This document shows, one piece after another, positions 10,684 through 20,618 of a DNA stretch of 64,000 nucleotides. The stretch is from contig JAANOX010000002.1 in the NCBI GenBank assembly GCA_020184695.1, forward strand, positions 310,001 through 374,000, written 5' to 3'. The position numbers and the translations under genes are program-made. How positions within the stretch are numbered: the stretch's first letter is position 1; the number at the start of each line of letters is the position of its first letter. Source of the DNA: Histomonas meleagridis 2922-C6/04-290x (Eukaryota > Protista > Parabasalia). The notes under the pieces were generated by a model. That model saw only the letters and a program-made list of their open reading frames with translations. It had not been told where the DNA came from and did no database searches.

Positions 10684-11085
10684 GGAGGAAAATACATAAT
10701 AAATCTGAGTCATAAACTTTTTTTTTCCTTCAAATATTATTATGAAATATTTACACCAAATAAAATAAATATGGTAATTAAAGTTAGTGTCTATACGAGC
10801 ATATGATTAAGTTCACATAGTTATGGGAGATCAAGCAGAGTTAGCTTATTGTGTTAGCTATAAAGCCCTCAGTACTCAATTGGTATACTCAACAAATATC
10901 CAAAGGATTTGAAGAAAAGAGAATTACTTCTGGTGAAACAACTCGGTGTAATCCAAGACAAAATATTTCTAACACTGAAATTGAGCCACATCTCAAAAGA
11001 AAATCAATTTCTGAAATCAACTACAGTAAAAACACACATAAATTTATTCCAACAATTATCATCCGAATTCTATCAAAAAAAAAAA

Positions 11086-12028
11086 TTAGTTGTAACATTT
11101 TTTTAATATAAAAGATACTCCATATTCATCATACTCATCTTTTTTAACATAAGACTGGTTATATCTTGACAACGATGCAAAAATGCTTGCGCCAATCCAA
11201 CTTGACATGTATCTCTCCGGAGGGGAACAAACTCTAAATTTTATGCATTTGTTTTTCATTTTCTTTTTTAGTTCTTTCTCAAATCTTTCCACTAAACCTT
11301 CCGCAAATGAGGAGCCGCGCATCATGAAAATTTCATTACATATTTTTCCCCTTATTTCTTCGTCTACGCTCATTATCGAATCGTATAAAGTTTCGACAAT
11401 TCCTTTTTGATTAAATCCATTCGATTGATTTCGGAATATTTGCTCATAACAAACAAATCGTTCATATGAAAGTGTTATTTAGTGAGAGTAAACAGTAATT
11501 GTTTTATCACATTCATTGGTCGTTTTGGCTTTGATAAGTTCGGAATCAAAGTCTTCTGAAACATATGATGATCGTTTAATGTGATGATCCTTTATATAAT
11601 GGGACAATTTGTGTAGTGCCTTCACCAATGTTTATGACTAGACTAGTCACATACCCCTCGGCATAGAGGTCAAAAAGACATTGATTTCCTGCGTAAAAAT
11701 ATTGAAAATTAAACTTTTCAAACATGATCTCAGACATTTTACCTCTGTTAATCTTAGGATTGAGGATATTATCAACAAGAAGTACGGACCCACCTGAGGA
11801 TATATGAAAATAAGTTTCAATTTGTTAAAAACAGTTCTTGATGACACCTCGCTCAATCGGTTTTTTAACTTTACTTGTCTTTTCACAATAACCAACATAA
11901 TACGAATTTTGCTTTTTGGTATCATTTGGATAACAAATCATTGTAAAATCACATACTCTGGGATCATCGTCACCTGAAACTCCAGACCTTATGTAATATG
12001 TTCCAGCATCTATGATTTTTGTAATCAA
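11086..12028 (-). pseudogene. Divergent actin-like pseudogene
   Basis: IIDAGTYYIRSGVSGDDDPR, KPIERGVI, NPKINRGKMSEIMFEKFN, INIGEGTTQIVPLYKG and SPPERYMSSWIGASIFASL align by eye to actin. There are in-frame TAA stops, a frameshift and loss of roughly 45 codons after VPLYKG. Confidence 0.85.
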
Positions 12029-12462
12029 ATTATTTGTTCAATAAATAAATCTTCTTTAAAATCTTATGAAAAAAATCCTCTTGAATATTTGTAATAGAAA
12101 TTCATGTTGCAAATGTATTTGAGGTTTCTTTTTCGTTTCCATTCTCATTTTCTTTTAAATTTTCATTAAAATTATTTTCTGTTTAATTTCTAATACGAAA
12201 AAATTAATAGATATAATAACAACACAATCAATAATAATTATTGTTATTTAATTATTATCATCGATTTGAACTTCATTTACATTTATAAAAATTCGATTGA
12301 TAATTTTTTCATATGTATAACACACAGCAAAAAAATGATTTGCACCAGTGGCACTTTTTATATAAAAAGCGGAAATTTAAAAAACGGTTATTCCCATTTT
12401 AATTTGAACAACAAAAAATCCCACCACAAGCTCCAAACGGAAAAAAATAAATTTGTTTATGT

Positions 12463-13110
12463 TTATGGGACAAAAACTTTTTTGAGTATCGCAACATATT
12501 GATTAGGTATAAAATAATACCATCTCTTGCCATACTTAGTATGCAAACAAAGCCCAACATATTTGTTTTCGTATCCAGGAATTTCTTGAACCAAATAAGT
12601 CTTGACATCAGAATAAAAAATTCTTTCTTGTTTTTGATCATCAGATTCAACCCAAATAGCATCTGATTCAAATGAAAGCTTAGAAAGTTTGCCTTCAGTA
12701 TTGTAAACAATAAATGGCGTCTTTGGCAAAACCATCATTTGTGATGGAAATGGTTTTTCACAATTCTCTGGAACGCCTTGAGCAATGATTTTGTCATGTG
12801 GAGGAGAGTTTAAGAATTCAGGTTGTGGTTGTTGTGTAAAGAAACTTGTCCTAGTTGGAGGAGGATTTGGTGCTTTTGTAGTTTCTAATTTAGTCTTTTC
12901 CATAAGAAGGAGTTTTGAACCATTTTTTACATTGTAAGATGTCAACAATGCATCAGGGTCAGTAATGTTTTTACCTGTGCATATTAATTTTTGGTTTTCA
13001 GCTGAAACGGATAATTCCTGTGAGATCTTCTCCATGAGCAGAGAGACTTTAGAATCGTCTGGGACTTCAATTTTTGCTGTTGTTCCTTTAAAACGAACAA
13101 TAAGTTGCAT
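12463..13110 (-). CDS. Ubiquitin-like domain protein
   Basis: N-terminal MQLIVRFKG...VSAENQKLICTGKNITDPDALLTSYNVKNGSKLLLM has the ubiquitin-fold pattern. The first in-frame ATG is at 13110. Confidence 0.8.
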   Translation of the reverse strand: MQLIVRFKGTTAKIEVPDDSKVSLLMEKISQELSVSAENQKLICTGKNITDPDALLTSYNVKNGSKLLLMEKTKLETTKAPNPPPTRTSFFTQQPQPEFLNSPPHDKIIAQGVPENCEKPFPSQMMVLPKTPFIVYNTEGKLSKLSFESDAIWVESDDQKQERIFYSDVKTYLVQEIPGYENKYVGLCLHTKYGKRWYYFIPNQYVAILKKVFVP

Positions 13111-13560
13111 CCAGCTTGTTAGACTTTTTGAATGGTTTATAGTAGTCAACAACGATGTTATTTGGCCAGCTCATTTTTCAAATTCAAAAGAATATGAATG
13201 ATTCATTGAAAATATTGAGTTTGATAGAACTTTTTGTGAATGTTCTCAACAAATTTCTTTCGTTATTTTGAACTTCAACATTAAATTAATGCTTTAGATA
13301 TTTAAAGATGAAGTAAATTCTTATTCTCAATGTTGTTTAATTCCATAATATTTGAACAAAAAATTCAATAAATTAATTTAATATATCATTTACAAGTAAC
13401 CCAAAAAATGATAACATTTCTCAAATTATTTTTTTCCTAAAAAGTGAATTTCATATCGGCTGTGGGCAAACACCAGTTTTTGATAATGATGTAAATTATG
13501 AGGCACCCCAAAATAATTTGTAAAAAAACGATAAAACGCATCAAAATTTGATTTGGCAAT

Positions 13561-16500
13561 TTACTTATTCTTTAATCTTGTTAATATGCTTTCGATTAGT
13601 GCCTTATTTGGGTTACTCTGGCTTAAAGTAGAGCCGTGGTAAGCCAGTAACTTTTCGAAGCTTTGATTCATCGCATTTTTACCACTTTTAGTTTGTGCCA
13701 AAATGTCCAAAGTCTTAAAAACTGCCTCTGCAGCATTACCGTCGAAATAATTCTTAGATTCATTTACAATTTTAGTTATAACATCAGACTTTTCATCTTC
13801 CATTACGTTTTTATCATTAAATATCCTACTTAATGCCTCGAAAATCATTTGAGCGCTTTTATTATTTAACTTATTTAACAGTTGTTGGACGAAAGGTAAA
13901 CAAACATTTGCAGCTTTTGGCGATTTAGATACATTACAAATGAACGAAAGTACATAAAATTGGCAATCATTAACATCGATATAATTCATAACTTGTGGTA
14001 TATATTGAACTAAAAAATCGGTGTTATTAGCTGAAGAAGAAATTGATGAAAGTATTTCGATAATTAAATTTGTTTCAAATTTCGAATTAAGCAAATTAAT
14101 TATTGGAGCAATCAAATTTTTGTTTTTAATGAATTCAGCACCTTCAGGTTTAGTAGAGATAGTACCAATTAAACGTAATGAAGGAACTGAAAGTTTTGTA
14201 TTTGTAGCGATTGCTTTACTTAAGAATGAACATAATTCTACGGTGAAATATTTAGATATATTTTTAGGTTTTGATAAAAGTATTGTTAAATTATACGCAG
14301 CTAAAATAGATATACTTTGATTAGCATTACTTAACAATGATATAATTAATGGTATTAATTCAGATAATTCATCGGAATATTTAATATTTGAAAATATCAT
14401 AAAACTTACTTTTAATGAATATATTATAATTGGTTGATTTGGTTTTGAGAAACAAATTGGTAATATATTACAAAGTTTATAAGGGGAATTTGATAATTCA
14501 TTATATAATTGATTATTATTAGTTAAACTTGCTAAGATATTTAATGAATGTTGGATATTTATATTAGAGAAAAGTTGTTCTAATTTATTAATGAATAATT
14601 TAATGAAACTTAAGTTAATTCTTTGATTTGTTGTTAACTTTTCTAATATATTAAATGCTAATTCGGACATTTCCGAATTCTTTGTTAAACAAATTGGTAA
14701 TATCATTGATGTACCATTACATTTAATAATATATGTAATAATTTTCGGATATATTAATAATTCATATATTAAATCTAATGAAAGTTTTGATAATTTCTCA
14801 TCGAACTTTCCAATATTAATTAATGAACTATCAATAACAGGAAACAATGAATCAATGCTATCAAATGATTTGGATTTAATCAAAGATATCATTAATTCAG
14901 TTACTTCAATTCGTTTATCAATTTCATTACATATCATAAAATTAGAAAACTTTGAAATCGAATATTCATTAAATATTCCAATTTTCGAATAATGTTCTAA
15001 TAATATATTATAAAACAAAGGCGTTTCAGTAGTACTATATCTAGAGAACAAGTCTTGTATTTGACAAAAGAAATCATTACGTAATAATTCATTTTTCATT
15101 ATATCCAATTTAAACAATTCCGTAATAAATTGATCCAATAATTTTGCCATTTCATTTGATAAAGATTCACCAGAAACATTAATAATAATATTAATGATTG
15201 GATAATTACATAATAATTTCCCATATACCCCAATGTTTTTAACCAAATGATACATTGACATTTCTTTCATATTATTATCATTCCTCGACAAGTTCTTTAT
15301 AGTTTCCTTTAATGTCTCTTCTGATGGTTGTTTATTATCTGCAAATTTCATTGGCCTTAAACCCTTTAAACTAAACATGTTCTTATAAGTATTAACTTGA
15401 TCGAAGTCACATCCAGGAAAACCAATTTCGCCACTTGATAATGCTAATGTTATAGACTTAAAGTCAGGTCTTCTATTTGGGTCTTTATGCCAACAAATTT
15501 TAATTAACTTTGCCAACTTCGAAGGACAATAATGTGGAATTGTTGGCCTTTTATTTTGTTTTAATATTAAGTCTGCGATTTGTGTTTCACTATAATCACT
15601 AAATGGGATTTCACTTGTTAACATTTCCCATAATAATATACCATAACTATATACATCTGTCTTTTGATCGTAATGAGAACTTTGTAATACTTCAGGCGCC
15701 ATCCAACGTGTTGATCCTACTAAGTCATTATCATTTTCATTCATTTTACACATATTATCAAATCGATATAAATGTGGATAATAATCACTATCCAATAAGA
15801 TATTCATTGACCTTAAATCTCGATGTAACATATTATTCCCATGTATTAATTCCATGGCTTGTGATATGCCTAACGCTATAATGGTCAAGTTGGTCATATT
15901 TAAACTTAACGAATGATTATGTAAGTAATCATATAAATTACCACCGTTCATATACTGCGTAAAGATTTGAATGGAGTTCGTTAGGCAGTAGCCGTTTAGC
16001 GGAACGATAGCATGGTGAGAGAACTTTTTGAGCATGGTGATGTTCTTCTCAAATAAGTCGTATTGATGTTGATCAAAAGTGTCCAAATGGAACTTACGTG
16101 AAGCCATGAATTGGTTGGTGCGTTTGTCCAAATATATTTCGGTGCCGTTTTGCGTGGTTAAGTATACTAACGATGAGGAATCGATTTCATATGTTTTACA
16201 AGAAGTGAATTGTTTCTTGATGTCATTGATACTAAGCACTTTATGGACTTCGTATTTACTTGCATCTAAGATTTTGAGCTTGGCATTCCATGTGTCGAGA
16301 TTCGACTTGATATCTTTGGATACTTCGGTGTCTATTGAAAAACTTTGAAGGAATTTAAGGTCAGCTATCTCGTCAAGACATTCTTGGTATTCATTAAGAT
16401 CAAAAATATCGACGTCTGTGAGTTTGAGATCTTTGGAATATTGATTGAAGTTATTACGAAATGAACGTAATCGTGTCGAGATTTGAGATATCGGTTGGCT

Positions 16501-16794
16501 CCGTAATGTTCGTTGAAATTCACTTTCGGTGAATGAATTTAAATGAGAAATAAATGATATTATTAAGGAGTAAATCTGTATGGAAATCTCTCGCTCTTCA
16601 AATGTTGTGTCTCTGTTTTGGGATTCTTTGTTGGCAATTGTTTTCTTAAATTCCGCTAATTTTTGTTGGATATAGTAAAATTTAACACGGTGAACATGAA
16701 CACGTGAAATCAAATTGATGACGTGGTTTATTTCGATTTTTAGATATTGAACTAACTGATTATATGTTTCTCCATTATGGAAAACAGTCTTCAT
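13561..16794 (-). CDS. TKL-family (pseudo)kinase with N-terminal helical domain and C-terminal ARM/HEAT-like repeats
   Basis: QYMNGGNLYDYLH, HRDLRSMNILL, GSTRWMAPE, KTDVYSYGILLWEMLT and CWHKDPNRRPDF. The long Leu/Ile-rich C-terminus is helical-repeat-like. Confidence 0.88.
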   Translation of the reverse strand: MKTVFHNGETYNQLVQYLKIEINHVINLISRVHVHRVKFYYIQQKLAEFKKTIANKESQNRDTTFEEREISIQIYSLIISFISHLNSFTESEFQRTLRSQPISQISTRLRSFRNNFNQYSKDLKLTDVDIFDLNEYQECLDEIADLKFLQSFSIDTEVSKDIKSNLDTWNAKLKILDASKYEVHKVLSINDIKKQFTSCKTYEIDSSSLVYLTTQNGTEIYLDKRTNQFMASRKFHLDTFDQHQYDLFEKNITMLKKFSHHAIVPLNGYCLTNSIQIFTQYMNGGNLYDYLHNHSLSLNMTNLTIIALGISQAMELIHGNNMLHRDLRSMNILLDSDYYPHLYRFDNMCKMNENDNDLVGSTRWMAPEVLQSSHYDQKTDVYSYGILLWEMLTSEIPFSDYSETQIADLILKQNKRPTIPHYCPSKLAKLIKICWHKDPNRRPDFKSITLALSSGEIGFPGCDFDQVNTYKNMFSLKGLRPMKFADNKQPSEETLKETIKNLSRNDNNMKEMSMYHLVKNIGVYGKLLCNYPIINIIINVSGESLSNEMAKLLDQFITELFKLDIMKNELLRNDFFCQIQDLFSRYSTTETPLFYNILLEHYSKIGIFNEYSISKFSNFMICNEIDKRIEVTELMISLIKSKSFDSIDSLFPVIDSSLINIGKFDEKLSKLSLDLIYELLIYPKIITYIIKCNGTSMILPICLTKNSEMSELAFNILEKLTTNQRINLSFIKLFINKLEQLFSNINIQHSLNILASLTNNNQLYNELSNSPYKLCNILPICFSKPNQPIIIYSLKVSFMIFSNIKYSDELSELIPLIISLLSNANQSISILAAYNLTILLSKPKNISKYFTVELCSFLSKAIATNTKLSVPSLRLIGTISTKPEGAEFIKNKNLIAPIINLLNSKFETNLIIEILSSISSSANNTDFLVQYIPQVMNYIDVNDCQFYVLSFICNVSKSPKAANVCLPFVQQLLNKLNNKSAQMIFEALSRIFNDKNVMEDEKSDVITKIVNESKNYFDGNAAEAVFKTLDILAQTKSGKNAMNQSFEKLLAYHGSTLSQSNPNKALIESILTRLKNK

Positions 16795-17503
16795 TTGAAA
16801 AACGGTTACTCAAATGAATTTTGGCAACTGTTACTTTTTGATGTAAAGCACTTAAAATTTGTCATATTTCAAAATGGGCAAATAAGAAAATGAATAAAAA
16901 AACTACGTTTTCCATGATTATTGAAAAAAAATTTGATCATTGAATGAATTAAAATCTATTGTTGCACATGAGATACGCGCGTTATGGTTTATTTTCTAAA
17001 ATTTTTTATTAAATCAAAAAAAATGTGAAAGTGAGATTTCAACGTTGAATAAATGCCACTTTCTTTCAATAGGTTGTAAACCTCCGAATAAAATGTAAGA
17101 AGAGATTTGACTTGCTTCGTTCGATCAAAAAATTGTTTCTGAAAAATTCTCTTAAAGTTATCACATACTTCAGCACTTGATGGACAATATTTGAAGGTTT
17201 GATGGAAGGCCTATTGAATATAATCCTTAGCCTTTCAGTTCCAGTTCATTATTTTTGTTAAAAATATGGTGGGCTTTTTGAATGATTTTTGTTTTTTTTT
17301 GAAGCAGATAAAAAGTGACAAAAATTGATTGAGTAGTTTTTTTTTTCAAATGGGTCCCTTTAATCGTTTTTCATTCAAATCCAATCGCCCCCTTTAAAAC
17401 TACATCACAAAACATGTTCTAACTCAGTAAGTAAATCGTTCGTAATAAGTTTTAATCTATATAATAATTGCAAATTTGTGTAAAATAGATAAAAATAATA
17501 TTT

Positions 17504-19678
17504 TTAAATATCGATTTTATCAAGAGAAAGTAGTTTCTTAAATGAGATTTTTTCTGATATCTTTTCTATAGCATCTAAAATTGGGTCATGATTTATTTCG
17601 TCGGTCACTTTTCCTTCTAAACATTCCTCAAACATATCTTCCAATTCGCCTCTATTTGTAATAAGATCAATTTCTTCGTTTGTTAGTAATTCATGAAGAG
17701 CTGAATTTGTATCTTCTTTATTATTTTCTACAGGCAATTGGTTACTCTCTAAGGATAGCTTTGAAGTAGAAATAACGGATACATGTTCCCAGATACTCAT
17801 ACTCCGTGGATGAGATTGATCAAAATTCCTGAAGAACTGTGAACGTGGAATTGAAGAAAGTGGTAGGTTCTTGGATATCAAGTCATTACATAATGTGACA
17901 AGTGTCTCAAAAGCAGAAGCATTAATTCCCATATATATAATATCATCTTTCATTGAGTTCAAATACAATGCTAACAAAATCAATATGTCATCAAATATTT
18001 GGCGATCAGTAAATTCGAAGTCATACATCGTCTCTTTGTTTTTATTTTCAAGACGATCATCAAAATAATGACCACAAGCGAAATGCAATGATGCATCTCT
18101 TCTTAGTGTTAATGAAGCGAATTGCATTGATTCAATAACCCCAAGGAAACTTACAAGAGCAGGGGACAAGTCAGTCACATCGACGTAAACGTCCACCGAC
18201 AAGTTTTTGAGGGAGGTCTGTTTGCTTAAGAAAACCGAAAACTGTTTTGTTTGGTTTGCATCCATACTGTTGATGTTAAATAGCAATGTTTCCAATTTAT
18301 TAAACTTATAATTTGCTAAATAATTCATTAGGTTAGTCATTTGATTATTAGTAAACTTCAAATTACTAATGTCAAGTTGTATAACATTAACTTTCCATTT
18401 TTTGATGTAATCTAAAAAATTAATTAAAGAATCCAAAGAAAATTCGACGTTACTTAAGTCTAAGAATTCGATTGTCTTTAGTTTTGGTTCTTTATCGAAT
18501 TCTGCTTGTTTTAAAAACGTGTTACCAGAAAGACAAAGAGTTTTTAATCCACTTACATATGGAAATATTCTTGGAAGAAGTTGATTTAGTTCCATTTTAC
18601 AGTTTTTAAATGATAACGAATGTAAACACTTCGTTAGAATTACCCATTCGGATGAGATTAAAGCAATTATGCAAAGTGATAAATCGGGATGACCTTTTGA
18701 TCCATCAATAGCAAATGATTTAAGTGAGTGAAAACATTTATTAAATAAAATGGATTGAAACATTTGCTTAAGTGTTTCATCCGAGAAAATACAATTTGTA
18801 AACGAAAGTGTAAAAATTTGGAAATTTGAGCTTCGAATTGAATCAAATAATAAGCTAAACGATTGTGTGGAAACATTACAATTTAAAAATATCCAATGTT
18901 TAGGATAAAATTTGTTAGATTTGTTGGAAATTAAAGTTGAGAAATGTGACTCTGATTCGTCAAAATCAACTTCTTCAAAGACAATCGTCTCAATAGTTGA
19001 GTTTGCTTTAAAAAATTCGGGAGAATTAACTAAAAATTGTAAAAATTTAATATCATGAAAATGAATCGTTTTAAAAGTATCGGAAAATGAAATGTAGAGA
19101 ATAACTGGAATAATAAAAGGTGATGAAAGAAGTGAATTAGTAACTTCGAATACGGAATTGAAATATCGAAGTTGAGAAATTAAATTTGTGAACTGGGTGT
19201 GCGTAATTTCTTGACCACAATGGTAGAGAAATGTAAGGAGACGATCTTCTTTTGTAATGTTTAGGTTGTTTGGAATTTTAGATGAAAAATTTTCGTCTTG
19301 AAAACTGACTGCTATTGGATGACTATCTTGTGGGAAAAGTGATTTACAGATCCCATAAATAAGCAAAGATGTTTCTTCTGAAGAGTCTTTATGTTTGATC
19401 CGAATTGACGTTGTATTACTACTATAAGTAGAATTGAAACCAGCGGCATGAATTGAAGATATATCATAGTAAGAGAGTTTATTAATAACCTTGGCTGACT
19501 TACCGATGCGATTCTTTTGAAGTAAAATTATTCCACATGAAGTAATTACCAAAATTTGTGGTTGAAGTTCATTGAGTTTTTTGACACTATACACCATATC
19601 TACTTTAATAATTTTGATTTCGGGAATTTTAAAGAAAGGATCGAGCGAAGCTAATAGATTCTTATCAACATTTAACAT
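17504..19678 (-). CDS. Leucine-rich repeat protein, CARMIL-like (PH-like N-terminus plus RNI-like LRRs)
   Basis: N-terminal ILVITSCGIILL resembles the CARMIL PH motif. Repeated LxxLxLSxN units (LKTLCLSGN, IEFLDLSN, LETLLFNIN). Confidence 0.65.
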   Translation of the reverse strand: MLNVDKNLLASLDPFFKIPEIKIIKVDMVYSVKKLNELQPQILVITSCGIILLQKNRIGKSAKVINKLSYYDISSIHAAGFNSTYSSNTTSIRIKHKDSSEETSLLIYGICKSLFPQDSHPIAVSFQDENFSSKIPNNLNITKEDRLLTFLYHCGQEITHTQFTNLISQLRYFNSVFEVTNSLLSSPFIIPVILYISFSDTFKTIHFHDIKFLQFLVNSPEFFKANSTIETIVFEEVDFDESESHFSTLISNKSNKFYPKHWIFLNCNVSTQSFSLLFDSIRSSNFQIFTLSFTNCIFSDETLKQMFQSILFNKCFHSLKSFAIDGSKGHPDLSLCIIALISSEWVILTKCLHSLSFKNCKMELNQLLPRIFPYVSGLKTLCLSGNTFLKQAEFDKEPKLKTIEFLDLSNVEFSLDSLINFLDYIKKWKVNVIQLDISNLKFTNNQMTNLMNYLANYKFNKLETLLFNINSMDANQTKQFSVFLSKQTSLKNLSVDVYVDVTDLSPALVSFLGVIESMQFASLTLRRDASLHFACGHYFDDRLENKNKETMYDFEFTDRQIFDDILILLALYLNSMKDDIIYMGINASAFETLVTLCNDLISKNLPLSSIPRSQFFRNFDQSHPRSMSIWEHVSVISTSKLSLESNQLPVENNKEDTNSALHELLTNEEIDLITNRGELEDMFEECLEGKVTDEINHDPILDAIEKISEKISFKKLLSLDKIDI

Positions 19679-20618
19679 AAAAAAAAATGATCCAAAATCA
19701 AATTTATCTTTGTAGAATTCATAAGTGTTTTAGTTAATTAAAAAAAATATCATTTAAAATTACTTTATTCATTAATTTTGATTTTCCCATTATCTTGAAA
19801 GAACAAATTAAACACCCTCAATAAGACTAGCTGCACAGGTTCCGACATGTTATATCCTATGATGTTGTGTTTTCAGGATACCCATCAATAAAAATTAGTT
19901 TCATAATTTTTGCCTTCAAATAAATTTAAAGTCACAGCATACTATGCATTGCCAAATATATTTGCATATATTGTTTGGCTTCTCCATCTTTGCTTTTTAC
20001 ACAGAAACAGGCCAAAGAAATTAATTTAATTTCATGTGGAGAATGCTTTTAGCACAGAGGAAACAATAGCTGAAGAGACAACAGAAACAACATATGAAAC
20101 AATAGCTAAGTAATCATTTTGTTATTAGAAACCCTACAAGAAAGTTTGTTTTTGAACAAAAACATCATATCACATCACAAAGTCGATCGTCATATAAAAT
20201 TGAAAAAAATTAATTCAGAAATTAACGCAGGTGCTAACGATTCAAAAATATTTTCATTATTAATTATCCCCGAAACTGCGTTAACATATCATTTTCTTTA
20301 TGCTTCTTTTCCAAAATGCAATCCTCATATGTTAAAATTTTTGTAAAAGTTCTTTTCATTCAAAACGAAATTTTTTAATTTGTTATCTTATGCAACAATC
20401 AAAAGAATTTTACAGGTGAGTTCAGAAAATCGAAATAAACGTGCATTTTTTGTTGTATACCCGTCAAAAGCAAACAAAATTTGAGTTTTTGTGCGTTTTG
20501 TTGAGTTTTTCTGAGTTTCATAAAATTTCGTTGTAATTTCTGTAAAAACGTATGCTTGAACTGAGGCTTTTTTTGATGAACATATTTTTCACTTAATTTT
20601 TCGTTAACATCAGAAGTC

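Noticed and set aside
10800-11080. Coding-like stretch with ORFs 10851-11111 and 10909-11106
   Set aside because: No recognisable motif, short, and overlapping the 3' end of the actin pseudogene. I cannot support a call.
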